A stretch of 64,000 nt of DNA from Phoronis australis (Eukaryota > Animalia > Phoronida): the NCBI GenBank assembly GCA_002633005.1, contig NMRA01000025.1:404300-468299 (forward strand), written 5' to 3'. The notes under the pieces were generated by a model. It saw only the letters and a program-made list of their open reading frames with translations, was not told the origin of the DNA and ran no database searches. Both the position numbers and the translations under genes were made by a program. Positions 49,801 to 60,989 of the stretch are shown here, piece by piece; positions within the stretch are counted from its first letter, which is position 1; each line of letters begins with the position of its first letter.

Positions 49801-52800
49801 TTCGACAGTGGTGGCTATCATGTGCAATTAGTCACATTAGGCTTAATTTGTTGATCATGCAAGAATATTAACATCAAGCATAGCCTGATCCAGGTAATGT
49901 ATGCACTCACTGGCACTAACAGTTGAGGTAATGTATGCACTCACTGGGACTAACAGTTCAGGTAATGTATGCACTCACTGGGACTAACAGTTGAGGTAAT
50001 GTAAGCACTCACTGGGACTAACAGTTGAGGTATTGTATGCACTCACTGGCACTAACAGTTCAGGTAATGTATGCACTCACTGGCACTAACAGTTGAGGTA
50101 ATGTATGCACTCACTGGGACTAACAGTTCAGGTAATGTATGCACTCACTGGGACTAACAGTTGAGGTAATGTATGCACTCACTGGCACTAACAGTTGATT
50201 TGTCATTGATCTGAAAGAATAATTGAGGCTGTTAAATATATTTTTTACTGAAATAAAAAACCAGGCTCGTAATTGAAAATAAAAATTATTTGACCATCAA
50301 TTCTGCTTTCTTGGTTGTAATAATTCTTAAGTCTATTTCATGTGTTAGGTTTCAAATGTCAATCTGGACCAAGTTGAATTTTAAAATTAAAACACCTAAT
50401 TCGTTCGTCCAAAGCATAACCTCGTTTTAGAACTCAATTTCAGTTAACTGGACAAAGCAATCATATTTACCATGTTTCTCCAGGAGCCTTGTTCATCCGA
50501 GGGGAAAGGTGCCAGTGCCTACTGAGAGGGGATTTTTTCGCCGAGTGAAGGGAACAATCTACTTCCCGATCACCATCAATAGCACCCCCGTCCTGTTGCA
50601 AACTCTCATAGTCTCAATTTAAAGTAGCCTTCTGTCTTCTTAAAAATTGTCACCTGTGTGTTTACAGGTGATGTGAACTTATAGAGAATTTTTCACTAGG
50701 GGATGATTTTGATGCTTCGTGGAGGGAATTTCGCCTGATATTTCAATATTTTTAAAAGGGGAATAGGGCCGATATTGGGCCCCAAATTCGAGGGATTGAG
50801 GGCCCTGCCTTTTTTGGAAAGAAAAATTATAATGTTTCAACCCGTAGTCATGAAAACACAGCCTGGCTGGCCCATTCTCAGGTCGTTACTATGATGCTTG
50901 GCAACCGAGATGCGACAACATATGATCTAACTTTTCGAAAACATTTATAAATTTTACACGGACTTATTTTGCTTCGACGCGACGTATGGCAACGACCCAA
51001 CGCTTCCGAATCTCAACGTCTTTAGGGATTGTAAAGTAGGAAGTTGAATGCCGGATTTTTTCTAGCCGTTCGCGGAGCAACGCGGACTGAAATACAACTA
51101 TGCCGATAAGCTAACAGAGCTATCGTAGCAAGCCTCGTTTTGGAACGTGGCTCCTGTCGGCGTGAATTGGGTCTATTGTGATAGGTTAAGAAGATCAACG
51201 GTGAGACTGGGCTTCAGTAATGAGTAAATTTTTGTCATTAGAATAGCTTTAATTTTCACTTGCAGTGAGTCTCAAAAATTCAGTTTTGGAAACTGTACTA
51301 GAATAAGTTGTAATGATCAGACTTTTCTGTGTAGTTCAGAAAATATGTCGGTGGAGACGTTTATTTAAAGATTTCGGTATTTTGAACAGCCACCAACTTA
51401 AATTTACACCTGTAACCACCACTGAACTCGAACTTGTTGGTCACTTGAGGACCATGTGTGACTGATATTTATAGACTACGAAAAACTGCAATAGTTCGGT
51501 AAAACCTCCTATTTCCAGTTAAAAGGAAGGGCGTCGGTAAATGCGTCCCCAAATCGTGTTATACTTCCGTAAGGCGGGCTTCCATTAGTAATTTGTGCCC
51601 ATGTCGCAACCAAATTGCGCCATTGATGGAAAAACGCGCCCAAATTTGCTGAACTATGATTTGAATTATTTGTAAAATTGACAAAAAGCACCGCTAAGCT
51701 CCCACCTTTTATATGGATCCTCAAATGTCTCTTCGTCGCAGACGACTACTTCTGCCTCATACTGAGTGATCTTGTTTATCTTTGCCTGCGGGGTGTCGTG
51801 CGGCACGTACACCAGACATGGTACTCCGTACTGCTTGCTTGCCCAGGCAACACCTATGCCGTGGTTTCCGCTGCTAGTGGCAACAAATTTTTCTATGTCG
51901 GGAAACTCTTCTAAATAATACGCTACCTGAAAACAAGAAACTCGAAATGTCGTGCTACGTAGCGCAAGTGACTAGTGTCTGTGCAGAGACTTGACGACTT
52001 TCTTTTATTCTAGTCTTAGAAACGAAGGATGGTTCCTTCCTAGAGGGATACCAAATCACAATATTTATGATCATCATATGACGGCAATTCCTTTGTAAAC
52101 TCTGTCTTATCTTACGCACTGAACACTTAACCTCGTATTTTACTGCTTACGCTTACATGTAGAATAATGCATTATGTGTGTAATTGCAACAAAATTGCAA
52201 ACAAACAGTGGTTTATGTATTCGTTACAGCCTTTGTAAATGCCTAAGTAACAACACTTTTTTTCGCAGCGCTCTCATGTGGTGAATTAAGGCATTATGTT
52301 TGATAAAAAGTAAAGACACATATCACGTGATTCAATTTATTCCATGCTATTTATAAACAAGGAAATCACTGTGGGTAGAAATTTGACTGGCTTGCACGAA
52401 GCCGACAACGGCGCGGGCACCTGAGGTAAAGCACTCTGCGCTCGATCATCTTGCTCTGTGTCAATTGAATTACATATTCAAACGCGAAACTGGGGCAAGG
52501 CAGAAAGGATCATCTCTACTGCGCTTGTGCAATGACCTATATACGGGTTCTCTGTCTCTGCAACTCCCGCTATTTGAAATCCTGCGCATGTGTGTTCTAC
52601 TCTCCAGCCTGCAACTTCCGTCTTGCCACATCGAGTTGTGTGTGTAAACGGCTGCTTGACACCGATCAATTTGGTCCGTGTCAGTTGCGCCGGGCCAAAA
52701 TTGTGATGTCTAAACGGGCGTATAGAGACGGTGGTCACTATCTGCATGGGTAACACGCGAGCATAAATCTCAATGCAAAGTCCATAATATCTAAGTGCGA

Positions 52801-55177
52801 GATAACAAGGCCAAAGCTCAGGCATATAATGTAGTATGGGCAGTGAGAAGGAGTTATAACGTATCAACATGACCTGAAAAGCGTGGCAATTCGGTTCTTC
52901 AGTGATGACGTATCCGCCACTACTGTGACGTCATTTGGACCCCCAAATAGAAGTAGAAATGTTCGATTACATCACATTTTCGATAAATCTACAGGTCTTG
53001 GATTTATATCCCATTCAGGTAATCAAGCGGAGCAATTTAGCACTTGAAAGTTTACAAAATTTTATGTCTGGATTATTCTGTGTAGTCTGACAACGGTTGC
53101 ATTAATTGTGAGCTCATTGGGAGCTCAGAAGGATAAGCCGGGATTGACCATGTCTACGCCCAGGTAATAATTTTTGAAGTGCTTAGTAACTTACAGATCC
53201 ACGCAAGTCTGGCTTAATTATTATTATTGTTTTTAATTTTTGCCATATTTTTTGACTGGGTCCACAACGTCAAAATTGACGTCATTCTAAACAAGCGAAT
53301 AGTATCTAAATTAAAATTGCAAGTCGGAGATTGTAGAAGAGTCTGGGACACCTGTGGCAGTTTTATCGACACGAGAAACTTGTGAAAACGGAAGAACATA
53401 AAAACACATAATGCTTTGCGAGATACGCCCATGAATTACGAGAGAACCACGTGATAAAACAAGATTTTGGCTTCTTAGCCTGAGTCAGGGAACTCTATTT
53501 TCTTCCCAATTTAGACTTTTGAATATAAAATTAGTGTCTTTTTAGTAAACGACCCCCTAGTGCGCATCGAATTGTCATTACTATGACATATCGTAACTAA
53601 AAAACGGATGGCTGAGCTGAGTAAGGCGTCTTTGTGAATATACAATCCATTTTAGCTTAAGTGAGGAGCTTTCTAAACCATCCTATTGTTTCTAGTCCCA
53701 GGACAGTGCGTTTTACAGTCATCGTAACCAACAGGAACACCGAAACTGTCAGATACTCACAAAAATATTTAAAAGTGTTGATTGGGTTTGGTCAACTCTA
53801 ATATTGCAAATTTAAAAGTGGCACATGTACGCGTGGTCTATAATTGGTAAACCAACCCTCTAACAGGGTTCATTGACAGTGTGAAATTCAGCGTCCTACA
53901 TCATGATCACAGTTGACTCGAACATCAAGTATGACCTTGCACACGATCGCATGAGCATATTTATCTGCAGAAATATAACTGCACGGAAATCAAGCCTTTC
54001 GAAAGAACTTATTCAATCAAAGATTCGACTTGTTATTATTTGCTCGTCACTCCGCCATTTTCATTTTAACCTAGCGGTATGCTCGTGAACTAAAACATTC
54101 ACTGAGCTCTACTCGAGTTTGTAGCCCAATACAGGGTCAACAAGTGCATACTTGGATTAGAAACTCTTATGCATAAGCCATATAACGTACTTGACTTAAC
54201 GTAGAATTGTCGTGAGGACTTGACGGGGACCTCAGGGGTCTCACGCTCCACCGATTTATTCACATTATGTAGAAAAACGCTTTTTTGCCCATTCTCGCGT
54301 TGTGTGTCACAAAAGAGATAAGCATACCTGCAGCTGACGCAGCAAGTAGAACTACTCTCGTTTATCACATTGGTGTAGACTAACAGTTGAACTGTGATTT
54401 TCTGTTATATCCCCAGACCGTACGGAGTTGCACCATATACCAACTCCGGACGGCCTCTCACGACGATTTAGCGTTATGGAGCACAGACTTGTGGTCACAT
54501 AACTTGATTCCGCACAAAAGTTGAACAGAAAATGACAAAAACTAATTTCGAGTTGAATACCAAGACAAGGCCTCCAGTCTAGTCTTGATTTAGAAGCTGC
54601 TGTCTGTGGAGTTGAAAGCAAACGAGGCTTTTAAAATATGAGCTGACGTTTTGCCAGGGAGAAGGAAAATACAACGAAAATGGTTGTCTATGTGATAACT
54701 GATGGTTTGCTAATTGGATTTTTTGTTCATTAACACCATTAAAATGGTCACTCCACCTGTATGTAATCAAATGATAGTACTTATTTCATGACATGAATCG
54801 ATATAAAACAACAGTACCAGGTTGCATAATGGTATATTTACGCTGGATAGCCGCAATTGCGTAGGTAGCTCGTTACGTTGCCATTGTTGAAAAATGTGTG
54901 TGACATCGTTCATCAATCAAGCATATCCGATGGAAAAATTTTAAGTTTTATGCAACCCAAGCCTGAACAATGCTCTTACCGAGTTAAGCGCTCCGCGACT
55001 CTTAAACGACCCGGTAACTTGAAGATTCTCCGCTTTGAAGTACACCTGCCGGCCAGTGAGTTCGTCAATTACCGAATTTGTGAATATAGGTGTTCTTACA
55101 ACTTTTCCGTCGATTCTCTCTTTTGCACTAAGAATGTCGTCGATCACCAGCGTCCGTTCTGTCATGACATTTTCCAT
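38903..55177 (-). CDS. SRR: Serine/aspartate racemase family (fold-type II PLP enzyme), 337 aa; complement(join(38903-39043, 40346-40396, 41921-42048, 45498-45548, 46520-46646, 48400-48496, 51706-51926, 54980-55177))
   Basis: 8 exons total 1014 nt, all GT-AG, intron phases 0,2,0,1,1,0,0 consistent; motifs KAENLQ.TGSFK.RGA, SSGNHG, VAGQGT, GGGG, VEP, DTIAEG, IE, CGGN. Confidence 0.93.
40346..40396 (-). CDS. SRR: Racemase exon 7
   Basis: DDKQIVDAMKTVFSELK, TTCCAG acceptor, GTAAGC donor. Confidence 0.9.
41247..41407. mobile_element. 161-bp micro-MITE with 5-bp TSD (GTTAT)
   Basis: CAGGCGCGGATCCA...CATCCGCCACTG. Confidence 0.8.
41524..41669. mobile_element. Dimeric micro-MITE of the CATGGGCGGCG family
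   Basis: Two head-to-tail G-run/C-run units; matches 59601-59744. Confidence 0.7.
41921..42048 (-). CDS. SRR: Racemase exon 6
   Basis: QFLWSEINPRLDTIAEGLR...LVEKDVFTV, phase 1-0. Confidence 0.92.
43165..43988 (+). pseudogene. Possible decayed membrane-protein coding segment, antisense within racemase intron 5
   Basis: Hydrophobic stretches in different frames (FLLLWWIFAVIYQIIYVALQAAVL; ITGLLFSTGLRLIL), donor-like GTGAGT at 43989; family not recognised. Confidence 0.25.
43793..43853. repeat. (AC)n microsatellite, about 30 units
   Basis: Direct reading. Confidence 0.97.
45498..45548 (-). CDS. SRR: Racemase exon 5
   Basis: (V)YAVEPKGKDMEKSLRA(G), phase 1-1. Confidence 0.9.
46520..46646 (-). 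CDS. SRR: Racemase exon 4
   Basis: GTVGLEFIEQVPDLDAVLVACGGGGLLAG, phase 0-1. Confidence 0.94.
47055..47462. repeat. Degenerate array of ~21-bp units arranged as an inverted (foldback) pair
   Basis: CTTCAAAACCAG..GG units on the left mirror CC..CTGGTTTGGAAG units on the right, centre about 47270. Confidence 0.6.
47725..48025. mobile_element. 301-bp MITE, TSD TCATC/GCATC
   Basis: CATAGGCGGATTTAGG...CCTAGATCTGCCACTG. Confidence 0.7.
48400..48496 (-). CDS. SRR: Racemase exon 3
   Basis: RSFFLDFLKGGGLPDTYKYISPCERASVVAGQ, phase 2-0. Confidence 0.88.
49396..51174. mobile_element. Non-autonomous TIR element, copy B (ISL2EU-like), in racemase intron 2
   Basis: AT|cGACCCAATTCA...TGAATTGGGTCT|AT; reverse-complement homolog of 15166-17327. 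Confidence 0.75.
49892..50197. repeat. Minisatellite, 9 x 34 bp
   Basis: AGGTAATGTATGCACTCACTGG(C/G)ACTAACAGTT(G/C) at exact 34-bp spacing. Confidence 0.97.
51706..51926 (-). CDS. SRR: Racemase exon 2
   Basis: FVATSSGNHGIGVAWASKQYGVPCLVYVP...KI.QYEAEVVVC, phase 0-2. Confidence 0.94.
54195..54478. mobile_element. MITE of about 283 bp, copy 1 (racemase intron 1)
   Basis: Imperfect TIR TAACGTAGAATTGTCGTGAG/CTCACGACGATTTAGCGTTA; direct homolog at 56907-57188. Confidence 0.8.
54980..55177 (-). CDS. SRR: Racemase exon 1 (PLP-lysine motif)
   Basis: ACCATGG start context; RTP...VYFKAENLQVTGSFKSRGALNS; donor GTAAGA. Confidence 0.95.
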
Positions 55178-55301
55178 GGTCTTGGCTGAGTTACTACAGG
55201 ACTCCTTGACTTTGCTGTACTGTTGCGCCTGTTGCTAATGTATATGATGTCATTCCAGACCTTTAAGTACATTTACGTGCTAAGCTGAATATAGCATGAG
55301 G

Positions 55302-55321
55302 GAGAGAGAGAGAGAGAGAGA
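55302..55321. repeat. (GA)10 microsatellite about 125 bp upstream of the racemase ATG
   Basis: Direct reading. Confidence 0.9.
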
Positions 55322-56906
55322 AGTTCGCTTGTAAGCAGGTGTTCAACAATTCAGTGCAGGCTAACTAAAACCTGCATCATGACCAGCGACATACACATGT
55401 TGGCCCTTAGGTACATACCTATTCATCAAGTATGCTGGCAATCACAACCAGAAATTTCGTATGACATTATTTCTCTCAAAGCGCTGTATGGTCCTGGCGC
55501 TTATTGAGATTTGACGCTTACTTAGCAAATGGGTTTTCAGGTGGCTTTAACCCGGTGCTTACTCCACACCGTTGTTTATTAAAAGACCGACCCTAATACG
55601 CGACACTACGGTAAATTATGGAACGCGCCTAGTGCGTCACCTTGCGACGTGTAACTTTCGACACGTGACAAGTCATGCCTTACACGCTGACGCGTCAATG
55701 ACCCAGTTGTCGAACACGTATCAATGTTTATAAAAGTATCAATAAGTGTTAAGGTTATAATAGTTACTGATTTACGAAAATCTCATCGCTTCCACTACTT
55801 TCACTCTCTAGCCTATCTTCACGACTTGGAAGTCCGCGAATTTCATTTGAAACGTGTTCAATTCATTCCTGTCTTGCCATATCCGAAAACTGTCCGACAC
55901 GACAGGTGACGGGCAGATTATGATTATTTTAAATAATATAGATATGAATGCAAAAGGGCGGAGTTTGTCATGGTTATAGGAATTAGTTTTCGAGTCAGCT
56001 CTGCCGTGCTCAATTGTATTCGGATACTAGTCCAAATGACACGTCACAGGGTGACCGGCTTTATAGTCTGGACGTTTTCCAAAGTGAAGTTTGGTGACTG
56101 CGAGCCATTTTACGGATGATTTTTGGTAAACTGATAATGTTCGCTGTTGAAGAACCAACCAATCACTTGAGGTGATTATGTTGGCATACGCAATTAAAGT
56201 CCTGCGCTTCCTCTGCAAAAATCACCACGACAACGTTAGAATTCTAGGTCACGATGCTTGTAAATTCCATCTGTAAAAGAACTTTTCAAAATTTTAGAAC
56301 ACAAAACCCCAATGGAATGTCGTCATCCTGCGACATCCTGTTATTCACAAGTCATAGTTTCTGTAACTTTCCCGAAATATCTTTTGCATGCTGTGTGTAT
56401 TCATTCTCTTGATAATACAGCTGTGAAACGTCGAGTACTCGTACTAAAGATGAAATGTTATAAAACACTGATCGCCAATTTTATCCTCATGTTATACAGT
56501 GCCGCAGTGGTAAAATTAGAGGTAAGTAGGCGCTTAAAGTCCACCTTATCACCTTAAGCGCTGAACATAACTTTCATGTACGGTGCGTAGGCGCTACGTT
56601 CAAATGCCAAAAGGTGGTTGGCTGCGCCTACGTGCGCCTACACCCCATTACAGCACGGATGTTATGGCAGAAAAACGAACATTTTGAGTCGCAAGAGTAA
56701 TGACCGCCTTATTAAATGCTCGCACATCGAAACCAGGGCAACAGATTCACGTAAAAATAGTTCATAACAATATAGTATTCCACGATCCAGTGACTGGGAA
56801 CACTCAATCTGAACGAGACATTATCAAGAAAGACTCTGAGTTTCTTTGGTCTGCAGCCCAAGCAAAGGCATTTGAAGGGGTTAAGAAAGCTATTAGCTCT
56901 ACGTCG

Positions 56907-57188
56907 CATAACGTAGAATTGTCGTCGTAAGGACTTGACGGGGACCTGAGGGGTCTCAATCTCCACTGGCTTTTCTACACTATTCTTAAAAAGCTGTGCC
57001 CAGCTACACATTTTGTGTCATAAAAGAGATAATGATACCTGCAGCTGACGCGGCAAGTAGAACTAATCTCGTTTATCACCGTTGGTGTAGACTCACAGTA
57101 GAACTGTGGTTTTCTGTTGAGCCCAGACCGCCCGGAGTTGCACCTTATACCAACTCCGGACGGTCTCTCACGACGATTTAGCGTGATG
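56907..57188. mobile_element. MITE of about 282 bp, copy 2, inserted in Gypsy pol
   Basis: Interrupts KAISST|..YFDSK; homolog of 54195-54478. Confidence 0.82.
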
Positions 57189-58111
57189 AGCCTTACCTTA
57201 CTTTGATTCGAAACTCCCAGTTACTGTGCAAACAGATGCAAGTAAATCCGGACTTGGAACCATGTTGATCCAGAACAAACGTCCAGTCGCTTTCGCAACC
57301 AAGAGTCTCACTGAAACCAAGTCCAACTACTGTAACATTGAAAGAGAAATGCTATTGTCTTTGGACACCATCATTACGTGTATCGGCGACCTGTGAGAAT
57401 CGAAACTGACCACAAAGCGCTCATGAATATCACCAAGAAGAAACTATCAAGCGCTCATGAATATCACCAAGAAGAAACTATCAAGCGCTCCACCTAGTCT
57501 GTTACGTATGTTTCTTCGCATAGAGCAGTATGACTTTACGGTGAGCTAAACTCCCGGAAAGAACATTCCTCTTATTGACGTTCTCCCTAGAAACTCACTT
57601 TTTGGTTCTGCTATCTCAGTTATGGACGTGAACATTCACAGTCTATTCAATGTAACAAAGCGGCGCTTACAAGATATTCGACAACTAACCGAACAAGACG
57701 AAGTCCTAGCACAGTTCAAGCAAGCGATCACCCAAGGTTGGCCTGAATCCAAAGCTGCTTATCCTACCAGTGTACAAGATTATTGGACATGTCGTGATGA
57801 ACCGTCACTTTATGATGGAATCATTGTGAAAGGAGATCGTGTCGTGATCCTCAAAACCTTACGTTCATATGTTATGGAGAAGTTACACCTTGGACACCCT
57901 GGTATAGAGAAATCCAGACTGCGTGCCACGTCGTCTGTATTTTGGCCCCTTATCAACTCAGATATTGAGCTCATGGTGCAATCTTGTGCCTCGTGTCAAC
58001 GCAACCAATCGTCGCAACAAAAAGAGCCAATTTCGCTCATTGAAACCCAACAGCCATGGGTTATCATTGGTTCTGATTCGTTTCACTGGAACACCAACTT
58101 ATACCTACTAG

Positions 58112-58990
58112 AGTAGTATAGTAAGAGGTTTAGACGCCCCGTTTTGCGGCTCCTCGGTCAAAGGTCATCTATGTGAAAGGTCAAAGGTCACGTGGGATAA
58201 CTGCAATCGGAAGGGACACCATCCGTCTACCGGATGGATCCAGAATCGAAACAAAAGAGGGATGCTGAATAAGAACAAAACTTATTTCGTGTGCGCCGAC
58301 TGTCGTCGTTGTATATTGTGTGTTCTGTCTCACCAAAAACAGAGGCGTATACAAAAGAGGATAACCACCCAACCCAACAATAGATGTCGCGTAAAGTCTA
58401 AACCAGGCCCCGACGGTACTGAGCGAATCGTACTCATAATAATAAGAAGCGACCAGCTAACACAGAACATAAAACCGATAGCGTTTAAACGTGTATTAAT
58501 GACAAACCAACACTACAAAATCATTCGAATATAAAATCATCAAAACGTTCAGAAAAGTAGTCTATAGCAAACTTATCAAATGTCCGAATTAAATGTTTAA
58601 ATCATCAAAACGTTCAGAAAAGTAGTCTATAGCAAATTTATCAAATGTCCGAATTAAATGTTCAAAGGTCCAGTGGTGACGCCGTCGTCGAACACTTGTC
58701 GTTTGGGATAAAAGTAGGTGAACACGCAACTCTCTTGCAGGTAGGTATACATAGTGTTGTCACCGCCTAACCGGAATCCTTTGTTGAGGGCCTAGCTACT
58801 CTTTGTGGTCTGTAATACTTTGAGATACCTCGCCTTGTCGATTGCATTTCTTTGTCTTTGCACTCCTTTACAGCTAAAATGGGATTGACCGTCGATTACA
58901 GTTATCCCACGTGACCTTTGACCTTTCACATAGATGACCTTTGACCGAGGAGCCGCAAAACGGGGCGTCTAAACCTCTTACTATACTACT
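58112..58990. mobile_element. 879-bp non-autonomous element with Polinton/Maverick-type ends
   Basis: 98-bp TIRs (1 mismatch) starting AGTAGT, 6-bp TSD TACTAG/TACTTG, inserted in the integrase YLLV motif; internal 2 x 65-bp duplication. Confidence 0.75.
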
Positions 58991-59600
58991 TACTTGTCGA
59001 CGACTATTACAATTCATTCTGTATTTTTCGCAAGATTTCGTCCACGATTTCGTCAAGTGTCATACAACAACTACGTATGGTCATGTCAGAGTATGGTATC
59101 CCGCATTTCCTTGTGAGCGATAACGGTCCACAATACAGCAGTAACGAATTTCGAAGATTTGTTGAAGATTTCAAGCATGTGACTAGCAGCCCGCACTATC
59201 CCCAAGGTAATGGAAAAGCAGAAAGATTTGTCGGGACAGTGAAGAGATGTCTCCAAAAGTCGTTAGAACCCGGAGATGATCCACAGATGGCGCTACTATG
59301 TCTACGCACTACGCCCATTGTCCCTGGATGACCTTATCCAGCCGAATACATGTTCACTCGTAAGGTTCGTTCAAATCTACCTTTAGTTAACAACAAAGAA
59401 AAAGAACTGCCATATCCTGCAAAGTCCATAAAGCAAGTTGAATATTACAACCAACATGCAAGACCACTTACGCAGAGTGCAAAATCCCATCTCTAAGAAA
59501 TGGGAACCTGTGACAGTCGTTAAGAAGTGGGAACAATCACCTCCAGTCGCTCGTACATTGTTTGCAAATCTACTGGCGTTGAAATTCGGCGAAACCGTCG

Positions 59601-59744
59601 CATGGGCGGCGAACCATAGGGGGTTGGGGGGGCTATAGCCCCCCACTTTTTCAGTGCTACGTCGCGCGTAGTCTATAGGCGGTGCATCACAGGAGGGCTG
59701 AGTGGCTTTAGCCCCCCACTTTTTTCAGTGCTGCGCCGCCCATG
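59601..59744. mobile_element. Dimeric micro-MITE of the CATGGGCGGCG family
   Basis: Interrupts the integrase RRNRRH motif; TSD CCGTCG/CCGGTCG. Confidence 0.8.
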
Positions 59745-60417
59745 CCGGTCGACACATTCGTTCCACGAAAGAAGAGCCACAGCCTCCCGATGACTACACC
59801 CCATCCGTGGAAGAAGCCATACAACCGAATGTGTCCGAAGGAACGTCAACCACTTCGGACAATGGTCTCTACCACACCAGATCGGGACGAGCTGTAACGC
59901 CCCCGGCGAGATTTCACGACCTGTGAAGGACACTATTTATATACTCACATATAGTTGGGGGGATCTTTTTATGAGAGTGCGTTTTATTGCGTGTAGGCAC
60001 GGATTGCAGGCAATCATATAATTCATGAGGGTGTGATCTGTTTACTAAGTGTGGGTGTCTCACCAACAAGTCCTAGACTCACTGTATAAAGCCATGTTTC
60101 TTTATTGAAATGCAATTAACTTTAAATTTCGTTTTACTTGTTTTTGTATGAGAGCCGTAAGTGCAGTGTCTCTAAGTTTTTATTGCAAAGTTTCATTAGC
60201 AAAAATACTGGGGGAATAAGCCTTACCATGAGTATCAATTTTCATGTTTTCTATCCTGTGTTACGTCATATTTTACATTGATATTGGACTCTGTGAAAAC
60301 TAGGATGTGCTTGTTTTTTCTGTGTTTTGTGTGTCTGTGATGCGAATGGGTCCGGATTCTACCGCTATGTTTTTCGTTATTTGATTGTAATTTGCTGTAT
60401 GTGCATAACTGATAATA

Positions 60418-60660
60418 ATGACAGGTGAGCTTGCAATCGTCTCATTGAACTGCAGAGGGCTGGGTGTGCATAAAAAACGAAAGGATGTTCTCAATTATTT
60501 AGGAGAAAAACAGTACTGTATTTATTTCCCTACAGGACACACCCTTTATTACGAGAGAAGAAAATAGTATTAGATCAGTGCGGGGATATGAATATTTTTT
60601 GCAATTCAAATACCTCAAACTCCCGTGGAGTGGCGATCCTCTTTAAGAACACTTATGAGA
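60418..60660 (+). pseudogene. L1/Tx1-type ORF2 apurinic endonuclease fragment
   Basis: IVSLNCRGLG...KRKDVLNYL...LQDT...SNSRGVAILFK; frameshifted. Confidence 0.8.
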
Positions 60661-60989
60661 ATAAATCACTCTGTACATAGTCTGGTAAAATGGGTATCAT
60701 AATGAAGAACAAATTTTTACTGATGGAATGGTGGACCACTGACATACATTTAAAACTGTGTCAACACTGTGTCAAATCCAAAGTAGTCAAACACCAAAAA
60801 TTCCAGTTTTCGCAATCGAGTTGACTCAAATAAAATTTGAATTCTCTGTAAGTCTCCTAAGTAAAGATAATGCCTATTTCGGATGTATTAATATGACAAG
60901 TTGTTCACCATTCACAGAATGTATCCACCACCTTCATCAGGCGGATACATGCTGTGAATGGTGAATGAATTAAGATACCACTATGGGGG

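Larger units (their letters stand above)
56810..59926 (+). mobile_element. Second Ty3/Gypsy pol remnant (canonical RT-RH-INT order), no LTRs seen
   Basis: F.W...Q.KAF, QTDASKSGLG, NIEREML, TDHK, H.GHPG...C..C, VSDNGPQY, SSPHYPQGNGKAER, TRSGR; split by three insertions. Confidence 0.88.

Noticed and set aside
49892-50197. CRISPR-like 34-bp periodicity (also 21491-21838)
   Set aside because: Units are contiguous with no unique spacers, so these are minisatellites
58111-58991. Sola2 reading (GAG end, 4-bp TSD) of the 879-bp element
   Set aside because: Needs mismatches in both the terminus and the TSD, whereas AGTAGT ends with a 6-bp TSD need one; not fully excluded
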